From Takakia lepidozioides (lineage: Eukaryota > Plantae > Bryophyta), in contig CM060733.1 in NCBI GenBank assembly GCA_030704615.1, positions 40,300,001-40,364,000 on the forward strand: DNA of 64,000 bases, in the 5' to 3' direction. Positions 50,487 to 64,000 of this stretch are shown here, in pieces (positions within the stretch are counted from its first letter, which is position 1; every line of letters begins with the position of its first letter). Made by a program: the position numbers and the translations under genes. The notes beneath the pieces were generated by a model. It worked only from the letters and a program-made list of their open reading frames with translations, was not told where the DNA came from and ran no database searches.

Positions 50487-51581
50487 ATGGGGTCTGGAGA
50501 AAGGAGCGTCATCTATGATAAGCGTACTTGTAAGCTGTATGCAAATCAGGGAAGGGGACCTCTTATGATGACTGGAATGAGAGAGGGAAACCTTTGGAAA
50601 CTGCAAATCAAAGTGATTACGGGAGAATCTCTGCAAGCAAACATGGTATTGTCGACGGATAATATTCAAGCAAATGTGGCGGTGACAATTGGGGGAGCAA
50701 GTCTTCAAAGGTGGCATGATCGACTTGGACACATCAGTGTCGACATGATTAAACAAATGGAGAAAACACAGATCGTCGATGGTATGAAAATACTGAACCC
50801 TAATGCAGATCTGGAGTTCTGTGAAGGTTGTGCCATGGGCAAGAATCACAGAGTTGCGTTTCCAGTAAATGAAGAACGTGAGAGGATTCAGACTCCTGGA
50901 GAGTTCTACCATGCTGATGTGTGTACAATGAATGTAGACTCGCATGGAGGTTCCAAACATTTTGTCATGTTTAAAGATGATCATAGCAGCTATAAGATCT
51001 TGTATTGCATGAAAACAAAAGGAGAAGTTCTCAAGTTCTTCAAGCAGCTGTGTGTGGAATCGGTGATAGAGACAGGACATACAGTGAGAAAGCTTAGAAG
51101 CGACAGAGGAGGAGAATTCTTGAGCGCAAAATTTAAGACTTTCTTTGAAGAAAATGGAATTCGGCAGGAACTTTTAGCGCCATATTCCCCAGAGCAAAAT
51201 GGTGTCATCGAAAGGGACAATAGGACTCTGGTTGAAAGAGTTAGATGTATGCTGCAAGCAAAAGGTCTCAGTCCTAATTTCTGGGCAGAAGCTGCCACTA
51301 CAACTGCATACACCCTAAATCGAACGGGAACCAGGGTGTTGAATGGGAAAACACCTTTGGAGGCCTGGAATGGGAAGAAACCTGACATCAACCATCTACG
51401 AGTGTTTGGTAGCATGGCATATTCACATGTACCCAAAGAGCTGAGAAAAAAATTGGATGCCAAGAGCAAAAAGTGTATATTTCTTGGTTACAGTGTGGAA
51501 TCTAAGGCGTATCGGCTATGGGATATTGAGAAGCAGCACATAGTCATCAGCCGTGATGTGTTAGTAGATGAGAAGGCCTGA
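50487..51581 (+). mobile_element. Copia GAG-pre-integrase + integrase ORF (364 aa, uninterrupted)
   Basis: WHDRLGH..CEGC..GK.HR, HADVC, LRSDRGGEF, PYSPEQNGVIER, FWAEA, CIFLGY, ISRDV. Confidence 0.92.
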
Positions 51582-52445
51582 AACAACTATCTCATCGCTA
51601 GTTCGTGAATATTGAAGCCATAGATTCTTGATTCCTGGAGGTATCGCAAAAATCCGATTTACAGCTCTCCAATGCTCTTCCTTTGGATCATTCATAAACT
51701 GACTCACAATCCCTACTGCAGTAGCAAGATCGAGTCTTGTTGCTATCATCGCATACATGAGAATTCCCACGGCCTCTCTGTATGGAAAATTTTGATCAGA
51801 TGCATCACAACTTGCTTCTGTTCCCAATTCACAAGTCCTTGACAATCTAACATTCGCGTCAAGGGGTGTACTTAGTGATCTGCAATTTTGCATCCCAAAA
51901 TGACGCAACAACTCCTCTATGTACCTTGTTTGCCCAAGACTAATGGATTTTCTCTCCCTATCACGGACGACTTGAATCCCTAGACAATATTCCAACTCCC
52001 CCAAGTCTTTCATTTTGAATTCAAGAGATAGAAAAAGTCTTCACCGCATTTATAGCCTTCATATCTTTGCTTAGAATGAGTAGGTCATCCACGTAAATTG
52101 CGATGAATACTATCGTACCTCCATTTTTTGTCATCACATAGATGCTTTGGTCTGACTTGCACCTCGTGAAACCGCTCCTCTTGAGGAGCTTGTCAATTCT
52201 CATATTCCAAACACTCCGAGACTGCTTAAGCCCATATATGGCCTTTCTAAGTTTGCAAACAAGCTTCTCTCGATTTGTAACTTCGTAGCCGTTGGGCTGC
52301 AGCGTATACACGTCTTCAGTGATCAACTCTCCATTGAGAAATGCACACTTCACTTCCATTTGATGAATTTCCAGGTCTAGCATTGCTCCAAGGGCTAGTA
52401 GTGTGCAGATGGAAGTGAACTTTGCAACGGGGCAAAAGTTTCACT
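51580..52445 (-). mobile_element. Copia reverse transcriptase fragment
   Basis: ETFAPVAK, HQMEVKCAFLNG, KAIYGLKQS, IYVDDLLI, MKDLGEL, YREAVG.LMY. Confidence 0.92.
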
Positions 52446-53664
52446 GACGGGTGGGCTGCCAGATGGAAGGGTCAAAATTTCTATTTCAAAGGTCCCAAGA
52501 TACGCTCCCTGCAGATAAGGGAATGCTGGAAGGAGGTTGCTCTAGGAATTAGGAATTAGGAAATGGCTTGCTGGAGCCCTTTGAATAGGGCTATGGAACG
52601 AAAAGTAGAACAAGTGATAGAAAAACTCTTCAAAAATGCACCAATCACTGACACGCAAACCTCCATCGGAAACAAAGCTGTATACAACAGTGAGATCAGC
52701 TCGATAGATCATCACATGCGATGGCATTCTTGGGGGGCACTTGTATAACTACATCCAAGAATTGCTTGGCATTTCTCGGTCCTGCCTCTACCTGGGCATT
52801 TACCCGATTCTTGGATGCAACATCGACCCTGACAATGTTTTCTGTTTGCAAATCCTCAGGGTGTTGTGCAGCATTTCAATCCGCACTACTCATTCCCTCG
52901 TTCCGACATCCCTTTCCTTTAAAGCTGGACCTGTAGCCGCAGTGGCATCTGCATAATCCACAAAAGCTGTACTCCCACTCGCTTCTTTGCCTCTAGCTTT
53001 GGAGACCCAGTCCGTCCCTCAAGCAAGATATGTTTTTCTCAGCTTTGAAGCCACTGACCCTATCTTCATTATTCTCAAGCTGCGTACCAAAAAGATAGAG
53101 ACCGTGATGCCGTTGATGAACATTGCACCATTCATTCCCACACATGATGTGCCTGTGGGTTGTGCACTCGATGATCGGCGCCCAAGCTCGATCCTTAAGT
53201 ACGATGATGGGCTACTTAGATCATTCTTGAAGATTTTGGAGTTTACAAGTTCTTGATCCTTGCTCCAAAAGCCCGTGATATTCAAAGTACTCTCCTCAAG
53301 ATGCAAAACCCATCCACGAGGCAAGAGCTGGTAATTGGAAGTCAAATTTACATGTGCACGCAGACGCAAATACAGACAGTCTCCCCCGTAGTTTCTCTCT
53401 GGAAAGGCAGTTTGTGATCTCGAGTATGGTGATCTAAGTTTCTGGGTCTGTGTCAAGTCGAGCGAATTCTAGACATTGGGTCCGATCTTCGTGAATGAAA
53501 GCGGATCTTCACAAATTGCCTACGATTGCTCGTCTCTTTCATGAGCTCGCTCTAATTTCGCACAGATTGCACTACATTCAGATGATATATCTGTCCAGAT
53601 GAAACACTGTATCTTGCTGGAGTTCATGACCAAATAAACTCGATGGGTTGGGTATAATGAGCAG

Positions 53665-53996
53665 AATATGCGCACACACGGGGAGCAACACCAAAGGGTG
53701 ATGTCTACAGCTTTGGAGTCCTGATGCTGGAGTTTCTGACCAGGAAAAAACCCAGCAGCATTCTGGTCAGTGAGGGCGTGAAAATCTCACAGTGGGTGCG
53801 GCAAGCATTGGCGAAGCCAGAGCTGGGGAGGCAAGTTCTTGATGTGAAACTGCTGAAGACCACAGGTTATAATGACAAGCAGCTGCTGCAGCTGATGGAT
53901 GTGGCCATGCTTTGCACACACGAGGTGCCCGACAGACGCCCCTCCATGCAGGACGTGCTGAAGGTGCTCACTGGAATCCAGCAACAGCAGCGGTGA
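53665..53996 (+). pseudogene. Orphan terminal exon of an LRR receptor-like kinase (kinase subdomains VIII-XI)
   Basis: Acceptor CAG|AA TAT GCG, then EYAHTRGATPKGDVYSFGVLMLEFLTRKKP...AMLCTHEVPDRRPSMQDVL. No upstream kinase exon was found in the window. Confidence 0.7.
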
Positions 53997-56372
53997 AGTG
54001 GGTTCTCGTTTCTTCCTCTGCTCGAGCTCCTTCGAGCAAAGAAAAAGCAGTGCCCTGACATTTGAATCGAAGACCAGCGTCTTATATCTCTCACGCCATG
54101 TTTCTGGAAACAGATCCTGTAAGAAACCCACAATCTCATGTGGATTCGGTGGATTTGGTCTGGATTTGGGTTGCAGCCAAGCCTACTCAAAGTACTTGGA
54201 GTTTCTCTGTTGGTTTGGAGTTGCAAGGGACAAAAGCTCAGTAATTCAGGACTGAGCTGTGCTGTCTGTTTATTTCAGGTCTCATGTGACAAGCTTAGTG
54301 CTTGTGAACCGCGGGCTGCAGTGTGTTCTTTGTTTCCTACTCTTTATGCAAGGTATGTTGTTTGAAAGGGCTGACCCTATCACTTCTAGCCTGAGGTGAT
54401 GTTTAGGTCCATGACAACGAACATTAAACTTAACATCCAAATGCGAGAAGCTTCGATTTCTTGTTGCGGCGCATGCCTCGAGGCAGATATGTAGCTCCAT
54501 TCCTGCCCACAACATTGCTGCTACAAGACTTGTGTCTATCCCCACGCTGAAATGACTGTGGTCTCAAAGCCTGGCTTCCCCTTGCAGCATGTGTCTAGCC
54601 CAGCCATAAGTAGGAAAAGTGTGGAAGGTAGTGTGCCCATGGGAATGATATGTTTCAAGAGGAATACTTATTCATAGCCCAGGAGAATTTAAACTTTCGC
54701 AAAGTATCTCATTGGAAGACAACAGAAAGAATCATTCATACCCTGTGGGCATGTGGGCAAAGGAAAGTGGATGCCGAGGCTAGACTGGGAAGACTCTTTT
54801 TTCTGGTATGTTGACAGCATCACGGCAATCCAAGTGTTTGGGTGCCTGGACTAGTAGGTGTATAATTCCTCCATATTGAAGGGAATGACTTCCGTGTGTT
54901 CACTGATAGACTGTGCAGATGTGCGAGTTGAGATGTGGTCATTCAAATTGCAGCTGTATCTATGTTTATATCTCAACGAATCTATCACTGAACTCTACCT
55001 ACATTGCAATATGACGAACTGTTGCCTGGTTTGGAACCCAGCAAGAATTCTTAAAATCTGGGATTGCCAAATGATCTTCAAGAATGCCCTGGCTAATTCA
55101 CATCGCAGTCTCATATCCTTGTTTATGAATTCAACCATGATTTTATGGACAGAACCATTGCACTCTTGTTATAAATATATAGATGTATACCTGACAGTCC
55201 ACTGTACACACGAAAATCTATTTACATGAGATTTTTGGTGGTTTAAGAGCCAGTTTGATCTCTAGAACCATTGGCTCAGTGTCACCTATCCTCAGCAAGG
55301 CTGTGTATGGCAACCACCGCGGGTAAATTATCCACAGGCAGCCATGTATGAACACTGTTGGATCACCAGCCCCAATGATACACTTCAGTTCTCAACATAT
55401 AATTTTAATATAACGCACTATAGTATTTGGCTCGACCTTGTATGGACCTTGCACTAACAGAATGCCGATGAAGTCAGGCTTGCCAGCATGTGCAGTGTGG
55501 CTGTCCACAGCCTTTGACACCGGGTTACGGATCTCGATTGCCACAGTATGTGTGAGCCCTTAGCTACATATGCGAAGGCAGATGGCTTGGCAGATGGCTT
55601 GCTCACAGTCAGAAGGCTCTGCAAGGCCGTAGACTGTTGATCCTAAGCTGTGGCAGTCAAGCTAACATGCACACTGATACAAGCATTCTAACTAACTCTG
55701 TGATACTACATACTTATTGGTAATGAAAGCACAGAGGTCAAAAGAAAATAACCTCATTTGAAGTGGTCCTTTCCCGCAAGTATTGACTCCCAAGGAAATG
55801 GCCTTGCTGAAACATGTAATATGGGCACTTGTGCTTGGTTCGGCAGTATTGTCTAGCATGACAATACTGCTTCTAAAGAGTAGTCCTGTTAAACATATGT
55901 GACACAGTTCATATCCAAGCCACCACCACGATCTGGCCATGTAACCCTTCAAGAAAGATCACCATGACACAATGACACCATGACGCGAAGCCAAATGACC
56001 AAGTGATAGGATTCCAAATGGCACCTTGAGCCAGAAGTGCCTTGAAACTCATTTTCTTCAACTAATTGCTTGGAACTTATACCTATCTATCCTGGACAAA
56101 GTGGTTGACCTACAAGAACAGAAGGGGAATTGCAACCTGATGTAGCCTGACTCCAACAGTCCAACCAGTTTAATTAAACTTTACAAAGCTCGTGGTGATC
56201 TACTTATCCAAAATGCTCCCCCTCCATAGGTGACTCGGTAAGTCTGCACTGGGCAAGAACCCTCTTTCAAAAAACTTCTCTCTGTGGTCGAATCAAGCCA
56301 CAGTTGGACAAAGTTCGGGGATGCAGGAGTGGTCGCCTCCGTGTGCACGCCAACTGCAACCCGATAACAACT

Positions 56373-57011
56373 TCAAACAACCTCAAACTCGTTGTCTTTC
56401 AAATGAGCAACGAACTTAACCTTCCGCCCCTCGATCTCTGTATCAAACTGCACTTTGTAAGGTAGAGTGGCCGACACCAGCTTTCCCTTCCATGTACCTA
56501 GAACATCCTTAACTTCGCCTTCCAATCCATCAAGCTCAAACTCTGGAACCTTTGGTATGTGAAAAACCTTCGCTGGACCCTTCACTCGTACTCTGCTACC
56601 GACCCCGACTTTCTGCTCTCCTCCCTCACTGGATAGAGCACCTCCGACCACCTCTGCAGCAACTTCAGATACGACGTTGCGTTCCCCCCTCCTCCTGACA
56701 GGAGCTTTCTTTGTCAAAGGGAAAAAATTTCCAAGTGGGGATGCCGAGAGAGCAACGGATATCTGCGTTGGCAATGCGCTTTGGAGCAGGCTGCACCTTT
56801 GGGCGGCCGCGCGTCGAGGGAAACATGAAACCTGAGAGCACGAAACAGAGGGAGAACACATCCTGGAACTGCAGGAGAGGAGAGGTGGAGCAATGGCAGC
56901 AGACAATTGCCACCCTTGTGAACTCATCGTGGATGGAGGCACAAGACCCGGGTGTGGGACTACTAGAGATGGTGAACCCTGTGGCAGGAGAACACATAAG
57001 CAGGTCGCCAT
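56373..57011 (-). CDS. FTRA: Ferredoxin-thioredoxin reductase variable subunit (subunit A), plastid-targeted, intronless; start may be 57011 or 56927
   Basis: KVGVGSRVRVK....VFHIPK..EFELDGLEGEV..VLGTWKGK.VSATLPYKVQF..KFVAHLKDNEFE, after a Ser/Arg-rich transit peptide. Confidence 0.92.
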   Translation of the reverse strand: MATCLCVLLPQGSPSLVVPHPGLVPPSTMSSQGWQLSAAIAPPLLSCSSRMCSPSVSCSQVSCFPRRAAAQRCSLLQSALPTQISVALSASPLGNFFPLTKKAPVRRRGERNVVSEVAAEVVGGALSSEGGEQKVGVGSRVRVKGPAKVFHIPKVPEFELDGLEGEVKDVLGTWKGKLVSATLPYKVQFDTEIEGRKVKFVAHLKDNEFEVV

Positions 57012-59905
57012 ACCAATGTATAATGCTCTATCGAGGAACAAAGGCGTTCAGGTTAACGAATATCAGAAAGGAGCCAAAGACCTGGAGAGAAACGTTGCCT
57101 ACCTCAAGACGATGCCTCAAGCGAGGACGAGCCTACATTGCATGCCGAAGGCAAAGAAACTTCCTTGGGACTAAAAAAACCTCGAAATGCTTCAGATCCG
57201 CCCACAATTCTCTGCCCAACAGAGGCAGGGCCTTCGAGAATCACGACCCAGTTCTCGAGCCGTGAAGCGTCCTTCCACACACACACAGGGAGGAGGACAG
57301 ACATGAAGCTCCTCACCGGTCGCTCCTAGCCAAGTACGGGGAACACGTTCCCATTCAAACCCGGCTCTCCCAATAATTTCTAAAATCTAGACCTGTAGAT
57401 CTGTACAATTGGTCATCCCACCGCTCAGGGAGGAAGCCAAGAAAACTTCCACAAGGGATCTGTATGGTGCTTCTTCCTCCTCGCCTCAGTCCTTGTCTCG
57501 ATCCTTGAGTAAGTTATCTCCACGGCCCTAAGGGCTCGTGCAGGCTTATCATTGCCTAAATGATACGAGCCAATCTCTTCCCGACCTTTGACAGTTCCCC
57601 CGAACGAACAATCCTGCTTCATCCCTACGTAACTTATCTCCCACCATCTTGCCATCATTCTGTCTCTTCATCTTCTTTGGAGAGTTGCTGTTACTGTCCT
57701 AATAACAAGCAGTCTTTTCAGATTGGTCCAAGGCCAAGTATAGACAAAACTCTTTGAAGCTAGAGACTGAAGCTCAGCCATCAATCCTCACTTGTTAGTT
57801 GCTTGGACTTGCACGGGTGCAGCTTCCTGATGAGAGGAAATGATGTGTCCACTGCCCAAAGCAAGGGTTCTGTACGGGAAATTGATTGTTCATCCTTGGT
57901 CATATCTATTTATTGCAATTTTGCTGTGACAGCTTTTCTTTCTGTGAATTGCAAACTCAATACTCAATAGTTGCTGATGAGCCGCACTTTTAGGTCTCAG
58001 CCACTACGTAAGGAGGGTCTAACAGACAACCACCCCTGGATCTGTGTATAGACTGCATTGGGCACCTTCAAGGTGTGCAGTTTTTTTCTGAATTCTCTGC
58101 GATCAAGCAACCTACCATGGTCACTCCAAAATCCCACCATCCATGTACTGTTATCGGTGAGGGGCTAACAGTGAGCCAGAAAGAGCTTGCTGCCTTCAGC
58201 ATGGGCTATTGCGCTGTACCAAAAAGCTCTTGCCATGGCCAGAGCACCTTTAGCTGTTGGAATGTCACCATCACCTTACTTACCACATTTCTTTCGCTTG
58301 ACCTGCACAAGAATGGACTTTTGATTAGCAGCAAATGAACATGACAATGACGTGTGCCTTCTGTCTGTCTTTTGTTGTGTAAAAATCTGGACATACTATT
58401 GACATCCATGCGACACATTCAGACATGACCACGTGGTCCAACTTTAAAAAAATAAAAAATAAAAAGAAACAGGGGACAGGGCCCTGGAAGACTTTATTAA
58501 ATAAAAGCGAGGAAAAAACCAGCTTTCAAGTCATAAGAGACAAACAGAGCAATGTTCAGTAAAAGTTGTCTGTAACAAAGAAAAACTTTTCTTCATGTGT
58601 TCCAGGATAAAAAATTCGAAACCATTTCAGTGGGACATTCCGTCCAGGTAGGGTAGGGTAACAATCTAATTGTGGAACTGCTATAAGTCTCCACTAGAGA
58701 TAGTACTTCATTTTCAAGAGTAAGGTTTCCAGTAGCTGGCAACATACACCAAGAAAGTTGGAGGAGCAGAGATTCTCCGTTTGAACATTGCGGTATCAGA
58801 CAATTAGCTGCAGACAATTAGCTGCAGCCACAGTATTGGTATGGGCGGCCTAAAGTTGGATGTGAATGTTTTGAGCAGGATACTGCAAATGACACAACTT
58901 CAGTATTTTTGCAGTTAGCAATCAAGGGCTTGGGGAATTCAGTGCAAATATAAATTTCTTACCCCAACTATGTATTGTTCATTAATATGTGTACATTCAA
59001 CTTGCTTGTTGAATGATTCTCCCATTCTCTTCTCTCTGCACTCGTACTTCTGCTGGCGATTCTCTCACTTGTTTCTCACACACATACAATATCTAATCTC
59101 ACTAGTGACCAGCAGATTACATGCACCACAGAAATTAGTCCCAATAGGGGAGAGAGAGATTACTAGTAATGGGAAAGGGCAGCAAAGCTGTACACATGTT
59201 TTTGAATTTGTCCCTTCGTCTCTCTCTATCTCTAAACCATGCACACTACTGATTGCACTTGATTTGACAAAATATTTGTCAAAATATGCATATGTAATGC
59301 AAAGGGCTTGCAACATTTTTATTTTATTTGGGAAACCAGGTATACTTATAGATTGGCCCCATACTCAGGCTACTGCTTAGAATTAAACTACGTTGTATTA
59401 TATATACCCGGGTTGGTGACCGGCTGGTATTACAATTGGAATACCACTGGTTGATAACAGTTGGAAAATTCAAAATCCTGCATCTATTGAGAACCTACTG
59501 ATATTAAAATTCTGTGAGTATTCTAATACTATGGAACCGGCTGGTATTGAAAAGTGAAAATATTTCAAGACCAGGACCTGGTTGGTCTTAAAAGAAGTAA
59601 TACCTGCTCAACACTGGTTGAAATCAGAGTGAATTGGTTTAAAACAATATTATTTTACCTGAATCATAAGTCCAGTTGTTTGGATTTGGTCAAATCAGTA
59701 TTGATGCAAATTACTACCTCTATGCTTGAAAAACCCAAGGAATGTACTTCCATTTGGCTTCAAAATAAGGACTCTGTCATGGAATAAGTCAGTGAAATGG
59801 GCGAGCCCGGACATTACCTACTAGACTCTCATAGTCCCCACATCCGTGCAGGTTCTGCACTGACCACCTTCCCCCCTGTCACTCGCAGAAAGACCTGACA
59901 TCCCA

Positions 59906-62270
59906 CTATACATTGGCTCTTTCATTCTCAATGTCACTCTCATCTTCATCCAAGCTCTCTGTATCTTCCCCTAAGTCAGCTTCGTCCTCGCTGGCTTTGG
60001 CAGCAGGGTTTGAGGCAGCTTCCCGGGTCAACTGATCTCGCAGTTCTCTCAGTTTCTGTTTCTTGGTCTTAAGCACTGCAACAACCTGATGAGAAAACAA
60101 GTCTTAGTTCCATTGGTAGAGTAAAAGTCAAACTTTGTCCACATAGGCAACAGAGTTACCATCGTCCCTTTCAATTAGCCTTCACTGATGGAGGAGACGG
60201 CAGTGAGGCAGGGCTCTGCCCTAATGGCCCAGGCCTAAGTCACACAAAGGCCCTACCATACAAAATCAGTCCTTGTCACCCTAAGTTTTGATTGCCTTTC
60301 AATTATCTAGAAGACAAATTAATAGACTGCGTCAACCTTGCCTTACCAACAAAATATTTGGGCACCTTTTTGTAAAAGTCCTGCTCATATTGGACCTTGT
60401 CATTCTTGAACTGCTCACTTTGCGCAAGAAAATCTTGTGCCTGCTTCTTCTTGTGATCAAGTTCCAGGGAATTTTGAACCACATCGTTCTGCAGCACCAA
60501 GGGCAAAGGTAAACTCCTACAATGGAGAATATTTCATTCAGGATGCAAACCAGTATTTTGTGAAAAGGAGTCCTATCATTCTGCTATAATAAGGTGACTC
60601 GGTCACATCAAAAGTTATCATTGATAAATCTACCGTCTGAACCTGTGAGTTGCTAGAGAACGATTCTAGGTCTCATTGAGTTTAGAGGAGTTTGTCAATT
60701 TGATAAACACTCGTAAAATCTTAGTGCAGTTGTTACAGCTGCAGTGCTTACCCTCCACTGATACAAACATTCCAATCAGTACCATGCACAAATATGATCA
60801 AAAGTGATCACAACAGTACCTACTTTAAGTTCGAAATTTGCCTTCAGTAGAAACTCCAGCAATCCTTGTGTGATTGTCTCTGCGTCTGGGGCCCATTGCA
60901 GGGGCAAATCAACCTGGAGAATACACTCATCCTTCTCATGAATTTCAAATATTAACTGCACGATTCCCACCCCCACATTAAAATAGACAGTATTAGATAG
61001 CTTCTCAGAGACCCTCCTCCAATCACCATTTGAAACAATTCTGTCAGATAGGAATTACTTTATTTTGGGAGGTTACTACATTCTTCGATATTTACTTCTG
61101 ACACTCAAAGGGTTAAATTTGTAACAAAGAACAAAATTCTTTCTCAAGGCCTGGCGCAAACTAACTGTGAGACAAGTAACTTCCTGGTCAGAGAGCCCTA
61201 AGAGAGAGAGTGCGTGTCTCTTCTTGCCTACTTGCATAGAGTCCAGGGCACAATTTGAATGTAGTGGAAAAGTAGGGGAGAGAGCAAGAGAAAGAGAGAA
61301 AGATGCAGTGACTGTTCCTGATCAAATTTTTCCATGGTATGCTATTGATATTGGTACGATAGCTTTTCAAGGAAATGGGGGGGTGCTAACCCACTAGCAT
61401 GTGTGGAACTGAGTCTGAAAATTGCCAAATCAAATCCAATGCAATCTGAGGGGCAAGGGACATAATACTCTAAAAGGTAACGTTTATACCAGCCCTCTAC
61501 TGGACACAGACAAGGGATAGGTCGTTTTAGAGAGGGGAAGAGAAAGAGAGAGACCATTTTGTCATCACCAATAGAGGTGAAGGAATACAGAGAGTCTGGT
61601 TGTTGCTGGCTGAGATAAAGCTGCATCCTCTCCATCAGCCAGCGTACTGATTTATTGCACTCATCTGCCTGATCTTCAACAAACTTCTCAGAACCTTCCT
61701 CCACCCACAGTCCAAGAATTACCTCTCCATGCTCATTCCTGACCAACAGTTGTCTTGAATTACTTGAAAGAGTAACTGGAGTTGCCAGTCTCTCTCAGGT
61801 ATCAATGACTGACCTTCATAGTAATGATAGCAAATATACACACTCAATGCAAAGTGACAGCAGTCTTTTCCAATACCACAATTGCAAGCCGAGTTTCACA
61901 GATCCTGGTGGTTCCACCCTCCGTAATTGCATCCGGAAGAACACATTTATCGGTAACGCCAGAGATATGTGAACAAACAGACACCCATTCTCTGTCTCTC
62001 TATTGCCATCCACAATAGAACCAGGGTTTATAGTAAAAACAACGCACCCAGTTCAATCCGAATGATGTTTGCATTTGCACGATAATCAAAAGACAAAAGG
62101 GGTATTCTTGCAACAATACCATCAAAGGTCCATGCGACGAGACCATCCGAGACAGCGAGATCGAAATGAGCTGGAAACCACGTGCCCTTCACAAAGATCA
62201 CTTTCTTGCGACTGGCAACGCCGCCTTCCTCGACCTCCAATCTTTCACATGTCTTGTCTGCCACAGCCAT
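59906..62270 (-). CDS. XRCC4: DNA repair protein XRCC4, 5 exons; C-terminus uncertain
   Basis: Exons 62270-62120, 61694-61555, 60955-60824, 60488-60366, 60085-59906 are phase-consistent. TCERLE..IFVKGTW..FDLAVSDG..W, YLSQQQPDSLYSF, GLLEFLLKAN and VL.TKKQKLRELRD match plant XRCC4. Confidence 0.85.
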
Positions 62271-62931
62271 CTGCAGTCCTAAACCTATTCGCGGATCGCA
62301 ACAATTCTATATGTTTCACTTCGATAGGCACTGTCCGGTGTTGTTTCACATTTGGAGTACCAGTTATGCAGGGTTCCGTCCCAGCAAATCTCCGACACGA
62401 CTCATCAAAGTCCAAACGTGCTCACATCTCTCAGATTTCGATCTCTTTCTTCTTGTTCTCTCATATCTAAGCCTACAACGTTCTACACCACCCACCACTC
62501 TACACGAAACCCAACTGAAGTTTTAATTACTGAATGTGTTCGAGAGAAAATTTCTTCACGATGGGTTTTGAAAACAAAGCTTCGATCGAATGAAAGACGG
62601 TCACCACCTGCACTCTCCCTCCTTGGTAAATGCCGTTACAAATCCACTGATGGTGAAGGTCTGGACAAGCACGGCAAGCTCGGTGATGAGGAGCAGCCTA
62701 CGTTGTTTCATCCGTCTAATTATATACCAAGATCAAGTTTCTAGAACACTGTGCCAGAGTTTAAAATCCCTAAAATGCTGAGGCCCGAGGGACTTGAAAG
62801 AGACAGTGGGCGTGGAATTTGGGAAATAGGGTGTGAGCGTTCGGGAGATGACACTGTGATTTTGGGTGGGTCTGCAAGAAGGAGAGAGGAAAAGGCAGTG
62901 TCTCGGTGTGTTGTGCGTGTGGGAGAGAGAT

Positions 62932-63516
<585 letters not shown>

Positions 63517-64000
63517 TAAGGACCCTTCTGGTACTATGAGAGCGAGGATTGTGTGTCTATTACTTGATGGTCCATGCTTGAAGTGCAATTCCCACCCAAC
63601 CCCCTTGCATAACATGCTTTATGCAGGCAAAGATTATAGCGTAATATAATTTCTTGCAGTAGCCAGAGATAGGGAGATGGATAGTACAAAAGGTAGCATT
63701 AGAAGGTCAGAGAGGGAGAGTGCAGAGAGGGGGGGACAATCAGTACATGTCCTTCCCGGACAAAGGAATCAAAAGGTGGTGTGGTATTGCCACAGCACAC
63801 CCGACAATGGGAGGACTCTCAGATCCTAGCAGGAGCAAAAGGAGGGGTTCATTGCCACTCTGCCTCTTCCAAGCCTACAACAGGCAGTGCTCATAGAAAA
63901 CTGCAGTCGTCTATTTGTGAAATCTGTGAAATCTCCTGGATTCGAATGTTTTGAAAGCCATCTGAGTTTCTATGTTCATGGCCTGATGTTCTCATAGTCT

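Noticed and set aside
52560-53460. Several short ORFs on both strands
   Set aside because: They are interrupted by stops and show no recognisable motif.
22242-57011. Functional cluster of plastid genes (BCM, HflX, FTRA)
   Set aside because: They are interspersed with unrelated genes, and plastid-targeted genes are common enough for this to be chance.
59405-59620. MITE-like stretch with CTGGTATT/AATACC repeats
   Set aside because: The terminal inverted repeats are too degenerate and no TSD was found, so it is not supportable.

Overview
Eukaryotic, land-plant nuclear DNA. It is most likely a non-seed plant, judged from gene content, intron style and repeat types, but the taxon cannot be fixed from the sequence. 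I could reconstruct these host genes by hand with GT-AG junctions and consistent phases: an intronless degenerate F-box/beta-propeller gene (4415-6838,+), BCM1/2-like plastid CAAX-protease-family gene (10 coding exons, -), plastid HflX GTPase (13 exons, -), intronless TAF8 (+), an orphan receptor-kinase last exon, ferredoxin-thioredoxin reductase variable subunit (-), XRCC4 (5 exons, -) and the first two exons of AK6/Fap7 (+). The rest is largely transposon-derived: a complete but decayed chromodomain Gypsy element, a 1.17-kb TRIM-like Copia derivative with TSD, scrambled Copia/Gypsy debris, two LINE families, a tRNA-derived SINE and a CACAGCC-type minisatellite. The most unusual signals are four. 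(1) One (TC)n-tailed LINE family recurs in at least 7 pieces in 5 introns of HflX, always in gene-sense orientation at TC/pyrimidine tracts. (2) The chromovirus has two LTRs with non-canonical TA...GA termini and a perfect 5-bp TSD. (3) An intronless SET-domain pseudogene sits in TE-like DNA. (4) The likely original BCM start codon is followed by an in-frame stop at codon 5, and XRCC4 has an altered Ligase IV-binding helix.
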